A DNA stretch of 64,000 nt from Ostreococcus lucimarinus. Taxonomy: Eukaryota. Shown here one piece after another: positions 30,234-40,313 of this stretch. Each line of letters starts with the position of its first letter. Within the stretch, counting starts at the first letter, position 1. The DNA lies in NCBI GenBank assembly GCA_000092065.1, contig CP000590.1. The stretch is one strand, 5' to 3'. A program made the translations under genes and the position numbers. The notes beneath the pieces were generated by a model. That model worked only from the letters and a program-made list of their open reading frames with translations. It made no database searches and was not told the DNA's origin.

Positions 30234-32066
30234 AGTTCGTCATCGCGATCGGCCGAAAAAGCGGCGGCGGCGCTCGTCGCGACGAACAAACGCAAAGAAC
30301 GATCCGACGCGGGCGTCTCCGAGCGAGCAGCGTCTCTCATTACGAGTGGACTGCTTCCGATCGCGCGTCACGCGCTCGTACCGGACCAAACGACCGAACC
30401 GGAAGCCCCTGTGGCGGGAGAGAGTCGGGAGAATGCAGCGCGAGGGCAAGACCGGGACCGACGCGGCGAGAGCTTGCGCATGATTAAGAGACGGAATGCC
30501 GAACAAAGAAGGAATGATTTGTGTCGTTACACGGTGCAAGGGGAGGTTTGTAAATTAGGTAAGAGGTGTGGGTACTCACACGACTTAGAGGCGTACGTGC
30601 GGTCGAAGCCGAACGACGTAAAGGGCGCGGCGTGCGTCTTCGTCACCGCGGCAAATGAAAAGTGCCCTTTCGGCGTGCGTTGTAGATTTGCTTCGAGTCA
30701 TGGTAAGCTGACGAGCGCTCGAAAGGTGGATTTTGCGACGAATTTACTCGATGATGCGATGCAGAAACGACTTTCAAAGAATGAGTATCCGTTCAAGCGC
30801 TCGGATGCAGCGCTGGCAAAAGCCGAGCTCGAGTTAAAGTGCCTGTCGTTTGCGCAAAAGGGTAAACTCGATCGCAAGCAAGGCTTCTTGGGACCGTTTG
30901 AGCCTGGGTGCGTGAATACGCGCGAGAGGCGCAAAGAACTCGATTTCAAGGGCAAGCTGTACGTGGCGCCGTTGACGACGGTTGGGAACTTGCCATTTCG
31001 GCGAGTTTGCACCGATCTCGGCGCCGACATTACCGTATCAGAGATGGCGATGGCGAGTAATTTGCTCAAGGGGGATCGTAAAGAGTGGGCGCTTCTTCGT
31101 CGTCACCCAAGCGAGAAGTGCTATGGTATACAAGTTTGCGGTGGATATCCAGATCTGATGGCAAGGTGTGCGGAATTGATCGACAACGAAGTCTCGTGTG
31201 ATTTCATCGACGTCAATATGGGATGCCCAATCGACGGCGTTTGCGCCAAGGGTGCCGGTAGCAGTCTCATGCGCGATACTGATCGATTGAAAAACGTTGT
31301 ACGGACAATGGCGGCGGTTTCTTCGACCCCCGTAACAATCAAGCTCCGCATGGGCTACTTTGACGACCCCTCGAAGTACGTTGCGCACGACATCATCCCG
31401 CGAGCGAAAGCTTGGGGAGCGTTTGCGGCAACTCTACACGGGCGCACTCGTGAGCAACGTTACTCGCGCCTCGCGGATTGGTCTTACATTCATCGTTGCG
31501 CCGACGTGGCGGCAAAGAGCGAGTTCACACTCATCGGTAACGGAGATGTGTACACGTACGAAGATTACAACGCCCAAGTCGCCGACAACAAAGTGGCGAC
31601 GTGTATGATCGGTCGCGGTGCCATCATCAAGCCCTGGCTCATGACTGAAATCAAAGAGCAGCGTCACTGGGACATAAGCGCCAATGAGCGATTAGATTTG
31701 TTCAAGGACTTTTGCCAATATGGGCTCGAACACTGGGGCAGCGACTCGATGGGAGTGGAGAAGACGCGCCGCTATCTCCTCGAGTGGATGAGTTACACCC
31801 ATCGATACGTCCCAATAGGACTATTGGAGCAAAACGTCGTTCCGAAACTCCACTTGCGTCCGATGCGTTACGTCGGACGATCGGACCTCGAAACCAAACT
31901 CGCGAGCGACAGACTCGAAGATTGGCTCGAGTTGAGTGAAATTTGCGGGCTTGGCAAACCCGACGCGTCGTTCAAGTTTGTTCCAAAACACGCTTCGAAT
32001 AGCTATACAAAAGAAAGCGCCGACGCTGCGGCGTCGTGGGTGGACGTCGGCGAAGAGAATGGGTGA
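30183..32066 (+). CDS. DUS3: tRNA-dihydrouridine(47) synthase DUS3-like, with N-terminal CCCH zinc fingers
   Basis: CCCH fingers CRYTVQGEVCKLGKRCGYSH and CVFVTAANEKCPFGVRCRFASSH. The DUS TIM-barrel reads LYVAPLTTVGNLPFRRVCTDLGADITVSEMAMA...IDVNMGCP...IKLRMGY. Confidence 0.85.
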
Positions 32067-32184
32067 AAGAAGGACAGCTTCGCGTTGTTCTTGTGTACAA
32101 AACGGTTATATAGCGGGTGCGTATTTCAATCCTCTTCGATCGTTTTTTTTTCGTTCCTTCGAGTCGCAGTCTTCTGTCAATCGA

Positions 32185-32303
32185 CGATCGCAGTGATGAT
32201 CATACCTTTACAAAGCTGGAATTACCAACTGAGGCTAGAATGATTTGGGGCGATGGAGCCCGGCCCTCTTACGCAGTGCAGAGCATAGGCAACTGAGCGA
32301 TTT
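32185..32303 (+). ncRNA. Candidate C/D-box snoRNA with a guide complementary to the 18S rRNA 530 loop
   Basis: The C box GTGATGA is at 32193-32199, the D' box CTGA at 32229-32232 and the D box CTGA at 32293-32296. The terminal stem is ATCGC (32187-32191) paired with GCGAT (32297-32301). The 13 nt immediately 5' of D', AGCTGGAATTACC (32214-32226), are the exact reverse complement of the universally conserved 18S sequence GGUAAUUCCAGCU. The candidate lies in a 480-bp lower-GC spacer with no ORF. Confidence 0.45.
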
Positions 32304-32548
32304 CAAAGACGGAAGACGACGGCGTGATTTTTCTCCCCCCTCGCCGCGGCGTCTTTTCGACCGACTGACATTTTTTTGTTTTCTTTCGTGTACCAACAGA
32401 CGCGCGTTAGCGTCTTGTATTTAGCATCATTAGACGTAGCCAACTACTACCGTTTCGCTTCGCCGCGCCGAAGAAATCCGTAACCGCCCGCCCCGCGCCG
32501 CACACCTCGCCGCCCGACGCCACTAACCCCCACCGATCGCGACGTTCG

Positions 32549-33304
32549 ATGTTCGCGTGCGCGTCCATCTCGCGCGCGAGCGCCGTCGCGTCCTTGACGC
32601 CCGCGCGCGCCGCCGTCGACCGAAGTTCGACGAGATCCATCGGCGTCCACGCGCGCGCGTCCGGTGACGCCCCGTTGACGCACCTGCGCCCGTCCACCGC
32701 GAATCGCGCGAATGAGATCGCGTTCGTAGCCGCGAAACCCGCGCCTGCGCCGCCGGTGAACAAGTTCCAGGAATTCGGTCGACAGTACTGGCCGGCGTTC
32801 GCCGCGCTGGAGGGCGTGGCGCTCGTCGGCGCCACGGTGAACGGGATCATGTTGCGTAAACGGCGCGAAGAGATCGAGCGATTGAACGCGCAGATGCGAG
32901 GAATCATGGCGAAATTGGACGAACGCGACAAAACGCTGACGAGCGAGGATGGAGATTCTGAGGCGAGCGAGGCGCTGAACGCGGCGAAATCCGCGCTGGC
33001 GAGCGACCACAACGACCGCGCCGCGGATTTATTCCTCAAGGCGATCGACGTCGCCACTCGCGCAGAAGACGGCGCGGCGGAGTTGAGTGCTCGCCGTGGC
33101 TACGCGATGGCGCTCGCCGCGCAGCGCAAGTTCGCCGACGCCGCGAGCACGCTCGAGGCGTATCTCCCGCGTTCCTCGGCTTTGAACCAGCGCGAAGGCG
33201 ACTCCGCCGTGTACGGTTTACTCGGGGACGTCTACACCGATCTCGGGGCGTTCGACAAGGCCGGCGCCGCCTACGACGCATGCATCAACGTCATGGACGA
33301 CTAG
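32549..33304 (+). CDS. Hypothetical organelle-targeted membrane-anchored protein with a C-terminal TPR-like region (FLU-like architecture)
   Basis: An S/A/R-rich transit-like N-terminus, one TM helix (YWPAFAALEGVALVGATVNGIML), a coiled segment, and TPR-like LGDVYTDLGAFDKAGAAYDACI. Confidence 0.4.
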   Translation: MFACASISRASAVASLTPARAAVDRSSTRSIGVHARASGDAPLTHLRPSTANRANEIAFVAAKPAPAPPVNKFQEFGRQYWPAFAALEGVALVGATVNGIMLRKRREEIERLNAQMRGIMAKLDERDKTLTSEDGDSEASEALNAAKSALASDHNDRAADLFLKAIDVATRAEDGAAELSARRGYAMALAAQRKFADAASTLEAYLPRSSALNQREGDSAVYGLLGDVYTDLGAFDKAGAAYDACINVMDD

Positions 33305-33509
33305 CCCTTCCGCCCGCTTCCGCGTAGCCTTTCTTAGCCGACGCCTCGCCAGAGTTGCGAGCCGAAAAAAATCTTAAGTCTATCCACACAAGATATTTTT
33401 CTCCAGCCTTTGACCCGCGCGCGCGCGCCCCGCACAGCGACGCGCGCGCGTCTCGAGCGCGCATCGCGAAGCGACACTCGCGCGCACCGCAGCAGCGCGC
33501 GCGAGCGTC

Positions 33510-34850
33510 ATGTCCGCCGCGCGCGCGCTCGCGTCGAGCGCGAACGCGAAGAATATTCAAACGTCCCGGAGGTCGTTATCATGCGCGCGCGAACGATCGC
33601 GCGCGGTGATGCGCGCGCGACGCGAACGCGCGGTCGAGAGCGGTGAAGTGTTGAATGTGAACGTCGTTGGGTCGGTGACGGGACGACGCGCGACGCGTGA
33701 GCGGCGTGGGGTGCGCGCGAGCGCGATGATGGGCGACGGGGACAGAGGCGAGCGCGGCGAGCGGGACGACGGCGAGGAGGACGAGGAGGTTGGAGGTCGG
33801 CGACGGCGACGAAGGGCGAGTCGAGGGCTTAATAAAGATGCGTCGGCGCGCGATGAGAAAAAAGAAGGGAAGAAGAAGACGCAGACGATGGCGGCGGAGT
33901 CCAAGGGCGAAGCCGAGACGGAGGCGCCTAGCGACGCCGAAGGGGGGTCGACGGCGGATTTCATCGAAAATGTAGTCGTGGATGCTCGCGAAGAGAGCTT
34001 TGCGTTGAAGAAGAAACGCATGGAATTGATTATCGAAGAGAAAGAGTGGGATTTAGAGTCACCGACGTCGAGCGAGGATGAGAAAATGATCAAGCTTGTG
34101 GAGTACGTTAATGCGGTGGAGGCGTTCAAGGAGTTGTGCTCGAGCGAGGTGCCGAACACCGTGGGCGATTTGCTCGGGCAGTACGTGACTGTGTATCACT
34201 TGGATTGTGATTCTCCAGGGTACGACGAGGCGCTCGCGTTTCTCGGAATCGATCCGGACGAGGACGAAGATGAGGACGAGCGCGACATGGAGGCCTGGCG
34301 CCGCGCGACAGCAAGCTTTGACTCTGGGTCCATGGACGAGGACGACGACTCTGATGACGAAGACGAAGACGATGAAGGCGAATACACGATTGAGATTTCG
34401 TACGGTCGCGGGGACGATTTCGATCCGATCAAAGGCTTGCACTGCGCGCAAGACGTCGAAGGCAACTGGCGTTGGCTCGAGGATGATTTAGGGAGAACTC
34501 TGTCAATGAAACCATTCGGAGAATTCACGCCCAAGCTCATGTCGGTCGAGTACATGCTCAAGGTTGGTTTGAACGTCAACTCACTTCACGAAGAAGTCGA
34601 TCCACTCGAGCTTCTTAACTTTTCAGGGTGCAAGTCGTGGGAGGACACGCTGAGAGCGAGTCAAGAGGCGACAGCGGCATTGCGCCAACTCGAAGACGAT
34701 GGATGGAAGGTGGATACTCGGAGCTGGTGCAACGAGCAAGATCATCTCATCGTGGTGAAGGAGCTCGTGCCATTACGCACGATGTCATTCGTCGACGGGT
34801 CAGTCACGGAGGACGAAAACGAAGAGGGACAGGAGGACGAAGATCGTTAA
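33510..34850 (+). CDS. Hypothetical acidic protein (D/E-rich low complexity; no recognised domain)
   Basis: Single ORF starting at an ATG. The C-terminal half is lower in GC and contains conserved-looking blocks (GLHCAQDVEGNWRWLEDDLG..., WCNEQDHLIVVKELVP). Confidence 0.4.
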   Translation: MSAARALASSANAKNIQTSRRSLSCARERSRAVMRARRERAVESGEVLNVNVVGSVTGRRATRERRGVRASAMMGDGDRGERGERDDGEEDEEVGGRRRRRRASRGLNKDASARDEKKEGKKKTQTMAAESKGEAETEAPSDAEGGSTADFIENVVVDAREESFALKKKRMELIIEEKEWDLESPTSSEDEKMIKLVEYVNAVEAFKELCSSEVPNTVGDLLGQYVTVYHLDCDSPGYDEALAFLGIDPDEDEDEDERDMEAWRRATASFDSGSMDEDDDSDDEDEDDEGEYTIEISYGRGDDFDPIKGLHCAQDVEGNWRWLEDDLGRTLSMKPFGEFTPKLMSVEYMLKVGLNVNSLHEEVDPLELLNFSGCKSWEDTLRASQEATAALRQLEDDGWKVDTRSWCNEQDHLIVVKELVPLRTMSFVDGSVTEDENEEGQEDEDR

Positions 34851-34955
34851 ACAAGTATCACCGCACGCAAGCACGCGCCGCACACGCATGTACCCAACTA
34901 TGTTGTAACGTAACTGAAGCGGCTGTATCAAATCTAAAATTACATTTTCAGTACA

Positions 34956-37900
34956 CTAGTACATAGCGTCTCGCTGAGACACCTTGAGGAGTACGAACGC
35001 CAACGCGAGATAGCACGACATGATGGTGAACAAAACCGTGATGTCGTGGGAAAATACCTCGTGCGTCGAGCCAAAACTAAAGAACTTCAGTACCTCTTTG
35101 CCATCCACGGGGACTTTGATGGGACCTTCTTGCGGAGGCGTATCGGTCGGTTTAGAATCGATTAGCTTCGGCGTAAAGTAAAATGTTCCAGCGTCGAGGA
35201 ACTCGTTTATCAAGAGCGCCTCGAATGCGTAGTTGACGAAGGATAAATCCTCGAGCCATGTCACCGCGACCGATCCGCCCGAATGAGGATCTTGCTTGTT
35301 CAGTAAGAATCCGCCGCACAGAATGGATATCAACAAGGCAAGAAGACCAATGACATTTGCGGAGGCGTTACTCGGACTGACGATACCGACACACATGCAC
35401 AGCGCCGACGCGGCGACATTGGTCATGATCAAAATCAACGCACAGCACAGTGCATTCGTCAGGTTGGCGTGCAAACCTACCATCCAATAGGTAATGAATG
35501 CAAACAATAGGGGAGGAGTGACGCGTAAAATCACGACATCGAAGAGGACGACGGCTGTGAAGTACGCATTGGTGCCGTACACACCGCTCGCTCGCTCGCG
35601 TCTGAACAGAATTTGATCCTCTTTCCATATCGGCAAAGAGGAGAGCGACATGAGCGTCAGATACAGAATGATGAAGAATAAACTGCCCATCCTATTTTGT
35701 ATCCCGCCCGTGTCTCGTCCACTGTTCCAAAAAATCAAGCCGAGTGCGATTGACATGCCTGCCGTAGACGCAAAGTGCAACATCAACAAAAACGGATGAC
35801 GAAAGGTCACTCTTGCGAGCCGTTGCCAAAGCAAGCACACTTGCTTGACGTACGGACTAACGTATTTCGGTACGATCAACGGTGGTTCATCGGAATCTTC
35901 GTATCGAATCGTCAAGGTGTCCGCGATGAGCAACGCGCTTTCGGCGACCTCGCTCTCGGTAAACGCTTGCACCATGCGCTTTACGTCCGAGCGGGGACTC
36001 TTCAGCACGACGTCCAGCATGTAGTCCGCGATGTGCAAGTCCGCGGAAGGCAAGCTGACGAACGACATGGAGTTGAAGTGCGCTGAAGCGAGTGCAGACG
36101 GACCAGAGTAAACAACGCTCCCGTCGCCACTCAGTACCAGGACGCGATCAAGCAGTCGGAAAATGTCTGGTCGTGGCTGGTGAATGCTCAGCAATACCGT
36201 CGTGCCCATCGCGCCGAGACCGGACAGGATATCCACTACCTTGGCGGCGTTCGTACTGTCCAGCCCAGTCGTGGGCTCGTCCAGGAACATAATGCCAGGG
36301 CTCATCAAAAGCTCCGTGGCGATGCTCACACGGCGCTTTTCTCCACCGGACAAGCCGCGCTGGAACTGGTCACCAATGAACGAGTCAGCGAGCTTCTCAA
36401 TGCCGAGAATCTGCATCGTCGAGTCCACGCAACGACAAATATCATCTAAAGGCGTTTCGGCTGGAAGCCGAAGTTTGGCGTGAAACAACAAGTGCTCGTA
36501 TACAGTTGCGTTACCTGGCAAAACATCGTCTTGGGTAACGTATCCGCTCAGGCGACGAATCTGAGATGACACCATGGGTTGTCCGTTTACACGAATGTCG
36601 CCGCGAATAACATGCGTGGATGGTGCTCGCCCTGCAAGAATATCCAACAGCGTCGTTTTCCCAGCACCCGATGGTCCAAGCATGGCGAATAAATCAGCAT
36701 GTTGCTCATGACAGGTGATCGAACCATCGCGCGACGTTCCTATGGAGTTCACTGGGCCAGCCACGCCCGTGACGTTCTTCAACACCCGGCGCCCAGACTT
36801 CAACGTGCACACTACGTCAACCCATGACAAGATGTACGGCTCGCGCGCATTGCCACTCTCGCTTAAAAGTGAAAGTGATAGATCTTCTTCATCAAGAGCG
36901 CTCGAAAACAATCCATTGCTTTCGGTATTGTCTAATACGAGACTGTCGGTTGGTTGATGTGCAAATCGCTCGCGCGCATCGGCAAAGTCATCCGCAACAT
37001 CTACTATTTGGGACGTGCCACTATTATTGTAACCATCCACCCTTCCATCGAACGAATCTGAGTCTTGCGCGGAGGTTTTTAGGAAGACGTAACAACCAAA
37101 TGCAAAGAGGAAGCCTTCGGCGATCAGAAACGTGACATCCCAGGGCGCGAGATACGGATGAAACCCGAACGTGAAAAGCACTTTCTCGCCGGGGACTGGA
37201 ATTTGCTTTGGAAGCTTCGGTCCGCTGGTGCCACTGGCGTTGCTCCAGCTTTGAGTAAGCGTGAATGTCAATGGATTGTCGACAAACTCGTTGACGACGA
37301 GCGCCTCGTAGCCGTGACTTATGAAACTCAAGTCGGCGATCCAGCGTGCATACCACGGAATGTGGTCTTTGTTCAGCAAGAACCCCCCAAAAAGAATCGC
37401 GAGTAAAAAGCACAGCGAAGCAACCATGTTCGCCGCAGATACGTTCCGATTCGCGGCGCCGACCGCCATGCACAAACACGTAGCGACGATGTTCGTCAGG
37501 ATCAACACGAAGACAAATTTCAACAGATTCAACTGACCACCCTCATTCAAACCGATCATACCGTACGAGAAGAATCCGAAGAAAAACGGAGGCAGGACAC
37601 GCATTGGTAGCAGATCGAATAATAGCATGCTCACGAAATATGCATCTGCGCTGTATACTCGACTCGCTCTTTCGCTCTTGAAGAGTAAACGATCCTCCTT
37701 CCAAACCGGCAGCGAAGACAATGACATTAATGTCAAAAAGAGCAAGATGAAGAATAAACTGCCCATCCTATTTTGGATACCTCCTTGATTTGTACCACTA
37801 TGCCAGAAAATCCCACCGACACCGCAAGCGACGACGAAAGACGAAATGAAGTGCACGTAAATCAAAAATGGATGCCGGTACATTTGCCGGAGCAACCGTC

Positions 37901-40151
37901 CACAAAGAAGCTTGACTTGCGTTCTAAACGTCGCTGTGTGCTTCTTATCGACGTCGTCGATTGCATCGCCGTCAATAGAGAGCAAGCTTGGGGAGACGCT
38001 GAATCTTTGTGCGCACAGCTCCGTGTGCGTAACTTTATTTGTAGCCTCTATGTCGCTCTCGGCAAACGCTTGCACCATGCGCTTTACGTCCGAGCGGGGA
38101 CTCTTCAGCACGACGTCCAGCATGTAGTCCGCGATGTGCAAGTCCGCGGAAGGCAAGCTGACGAACGACATGGAGTTGAAGTGCGCTGAAGCGAGTGCAG
38201 ACGGACCAGAGTAAACAACGCTCCCGTCGCCACTCAGTACCAGGACGCGATCAAGCAGTCGGAAAATGTCTGGTCGTGGCTGGTGAATGCTCAGCAATAC
38301 CGTCGTGCCCATCGCGCCGAGACCGGACAGGATATCCACTACCTTGGCGGCGTTCGTACTGTCCAGCCCAGTCGTGGGCTCGTCCAGGAACATAATGCCA
38401 GGGCTCATCAAAAGCTCCGTGGCGATGCTCACACGGCGCTTTTCTCCACCGGACAAGCCGCGCTGGAACTGGTCACCAATGAACGAGTCAGCGAGCTTCT
38501 CGATGCCGAGAATCTGCATTGTCGCTCGAACACGCTTGCGAATTGTACTTTGCCTTGTTTCGGCTGGAAGCCGAAGTTTGGCGTGAAACAACAAGTGCTC
38601 GTATACAGTCGCCGTTCCGGGCAACACGTCCTCGTCGATGACATATCCGCTTACCGCTCGCATATCTTCCACTGACGCGACTTTACCATTCATGAATATT
38701 TCACCAGCGCTGTCGTATACGTTGGAAGACAGTCGCCCGGACAGTCGATCGAGCAAGGTGGTTTTTCCAGCGCCGGAAGGTCCCATGAGCGCGCACATGC
38801 CGCCACGAACGTCGTCCATCCTTCCAGCCATGCCTGAAACGTCATTCAAAATACGTTTTCTCATGCCCTTCACCTCTACATACAGCCCACGCCACGTCAA
38901 TATCGTCGATGGTCCATCACGCGGTTGCATTGTCGATTCGAATCGCCGTACAGCTTCGATAGCTCCTCCCACCACGTCTTCGGTGTCTGCGTTCATGTCA
39001 ACGTCGTGTTCAAAGTACCGAAGACCGGCCTCAACTTTGACGTACGCCCAAGCGGCGCTCACTAAAACTAAAACAATCAATACCATCACGGCTCTTGTGA
39101 TCGTGTCCCCGGTCCAATACACAGGAGGGTCGAAATGGATCGGGCACGACCCGTCGCTGTCGACCATCTCGTACACGCAGCTCCCAGTGTGACACGTCAG
39201 CGCAAGCGTCGGAATGACGCCACTTTGTGTCCAATAACACACATTCGACCCGTCTTCACGAGTGCTATTCACACCGCACCAAAATTTCATCCCCTTGTTG
39301 CCTGGCGTCGACAGCGGATTGCAGGGATGTTGCCAGTACTTTTGCCCGGGGGCGTCTGGAATGCTCCCGCACCCAAAAGCGTTCCGCCCCGGGCACGGCT
39401 CCACCCAAGTTGGCGGACACGACACCACGCCCGCGCTACAATCATACACTGCACACGTCTCCGTCGCAGGCAACGGGTCTATGCACGACGTGATCGTTAA
39501 CGAACACTGCGTAAAGTTCCCGTCCCACACCGCTGGAGCCGCGTACTTGTACTTATCCGGCACATCCAAATTTTGATCCTGTCGCGGCATCCCCGCGTAC
39601 TCCACGACTTCAATTTTGTATTTCGACCGTCCATTCGACACCGTGCCCGGTAATACTCGCATATCGATCCTCGTCTTCGGCTGGAACTTGCAAAACGAAT
39701 CTGTCTTCGCGTCGCCGCCGCATCCGCACGAAAACGTCTTCCCGCCCGCTCCTCCCTCTACGTCCCCGATCGGTCTCAGCTCCTCTTCCGTCGGCGTCCA
39801 GCACTTCGACGTACACGCGCTCGCGCTTCTCAGGACGCCATTCACCTTTCTCTGTCCACACACCGATCGCGTCTGACACGCGTCGCACGTCGTCCCGCGC
39901 CAACCGTCGCCGCAACCAAGATTCGGATCCCCTTTCACCGCGCACGACGCGCAGTTCTCGGGATGCGGCGACGACGTTGCGATCGGCATCGTGCTTCGAG
40001 CGCACGGTGGCGACGTCGTCGCGATGGCGTTCGCGCACTGCGCGTGGGAGTCGGCTATCGAGTTGGCTTTTGCGCAGATTACCAGCGTCAATGCGGCGAC
40101 GAACGCGACGCGCACGACGCGCCGGCGCGCATTTCCGAGCGATGCGCGCAT
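34956..40151 (-). CDS. Full-size ABCG-type ABC transporter ((NBD-TMD)x2) with an N-terminal signal peptide, a Cys-rich ectodomain of about 350 aa and an extra TM helix
   Basis: The signal peptide is MRASLGNARRRVVRVAFVAALTLVICAKANS. The next 350 aa carry more than 40 Cys. A TM helix (AVMVLIVLVLVSAAWAYV) follows, then NBD1 (GPSGAGKTTLLDRLSGR...LSGGEKRRVSIATELL...MFLDEPTTGLD), TMD1, NBD2 (GPSGAGKTTLLDILAGR... with the same signature) and TMD2. ABCG family assignment comes from the NBD-before-TMD order and the VSGG-type signature. Confidence 0.8.
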   Translation of the reverse strand: MRASLGNARRRVVRVAFVAALTLVICAKANSIADSHAQCANAIATTSPPCARSTMPIATSSPHPENCASCAVKGDPNLGCGDGWRGTTCDACQTRSVCGQRKVNGVLRSASACTSKCWTPTEEELRPIGDVEGGAGGKTFSCGCGGDAKTDSFCKFQPKTRIDMRVLPGTVSNGRSKYKIEVVEYAGMPRQDQNLDVPDKYKYAAPAVWDGNFTQCSLTITSCIDPLPATETCAVYDCSAGVVSCPPTWVEPCPGRNAFGCGSIPDAPGQKYWQHPCNPLSTPGNKGMKFWCGVNSTREDGSNVCYWTQSGVIPTLALTCHTGSCVYEMVDSDGSCPIHFDPPVYWTGDTITRAVMVLIVLVLVSAAWAYVKVEAGLRYFEHDVDMNADTEDVVGGAIEAVRRFESTMQPRDGPSTILTWRGLYVEVKGMRKRILNDVSGMAGRMDDVRGGMCALMGPSGAGKTTLLDRLSGRLSSNVYDSAGEIFMNGKVASVEDMRAVSGYVIDEDVLPGTATVYEHLLFHAKLRLPAETRQSTIRKRVRATMQILGIEKLADSFIGDQFQRGLSGGEKRRVSIATELLMSPGIMFLDEPTTGLDSTNAAKVVDILSGLGAMGTTVLLSIHQPRPDIFRLLDRVLVLSGDGSVVYSGPSALASAHFNSMSFVSLPSADLHIADYMLDVVLKSPRSDVKRMVQAFAESDIEATNKVTHTELCAQRFSVSPSLLSIDGDAIDDVDKKHTATFRTQVKLLCGRLLRQMYRHPFLIYVHFISSFVVACGVGGIFWHSGTNQGGIQNRMGSLFFILLFLTLMSLSSLPVWKEDRLLFKSERASRVYSADAYFVSMLLFDLLPMRVLPPFFFGFFSYGMIGLNEGGQLNLLKFVFVLILTNIVATCLCMAVGAANRNVSAANMVASLCFLLAILFGGFLLNKDHIPWYARWIADLSFISHGYEALVVNEFVDNPLTFTLTQSWSNASGTSGPKLPKQIPVPGEKVLFTFGFHPYLAPWDVTFLIAEGFLFAFGCYVFLKTSAQDSDSFDGRVDGYNNSGTSQIVDVADDFADARERFAHQPTDSLVLDNTESNGLFSSALDEEDLSLSLLSESGNAREPYILSWVDVVCTLKSGRRVLKNVTGVAGPVNSIGTSRDGSITCHEQHADLFAMLGPSGAGKTTLLDILAGRAPSTHVIRGDIRVNGQPMVSSQIRRLSGYVTQDDVLPGNATVYEHLLFHAKLRLPAETPLDDICRCVDSTMQILGIEKLADSFIGDQFQRGLSGGEKRRVSIATELLMSPGIMFLDEPTTGLDSTNAAKVVDILSGLGAMGTTVLLSIHQPRPDIFRLLDRVLVLSGDGSVVYSGPSALASAHFNSMSFVSLPSADLHIADYMLDVVLKSPRSDVKRMVQAFTESEVAESALLIADTLTIRYEDSDEPPLIVPKYVSPYVKQVCLLWQRLARVTFRHPFLLMLHFASTAGMSIALGLIFWNSGRDTGGIQNRMGSLFFIILYLTLMSLSSLPIWKEDQILFRRERASGVYGTNAYFTAVVLFDVVILRVTPPLLFAFITYWMVGLHANLTNALCCALILIMTNVAASALCMCVGIVSPSNASANVIGLLALLISILCGGFLLNKQDPHSGGSVAVTWLEDLSFVNYAFEALLINEFLDAGTFYFTPKLIDSKPTDTPPQEGPIKVPVDGKEVLKFFSFGSTHEVFSHDITVLFTIMSCYLALAFVLLKVSQRDAMY
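35951..36418. repeat. Intragenic near-identical tract, copy 2 (in NBD2 of the ABCG gene), matching 38054-38521
   Basis: About 468 bp with 1-2 mismatches at a constant offset of 2103 bp. The ORF-track pairs 36092..36292 / 38195..38395 and 36184.. / 38287.. are identical antisense read-throughs of this tract. Confidence 0.8.
38054..38521. repeat. Intragenic near-identical tract, copy 1 (in NBD1 of the ABCG gene)
   Basis: See the 35951-36418 tract. The flanking regions of the two halves are clearly diverged at protein level (GRMDDVRGGMCALMGPSGAGK versus HEQHADLFAMLGPSGAGK). Confidence 0.8.
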
Positions 40152-40313
40152 GTCGTCGCGCGACGAATCGCCGCGCGCGTCGTCGCGCGCGAACTCGCGA
40201 CGACGACGCGCGGTGAGGTGGACTCTGCGGTCGAGCTGGGAGATTCTACGGCGCCGCGCGCGCTATTGATATTGATACCGTGGTCTAAACATCCGTCTAC
40301 GGTGTCCGGGCGA

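Noticed and set aside
36092-36292. Identical small ORFs 36092..36292 and 38195..38395 (and the pairs at 36184/38287 and 35775/37773) as possible duplicated genes or a mobile element
   Set aside because: They are antisense read-throughs of the duplicated tract inside the ABCG coding sequence. There is no independent coding signal and no terminal repeats or transposase.
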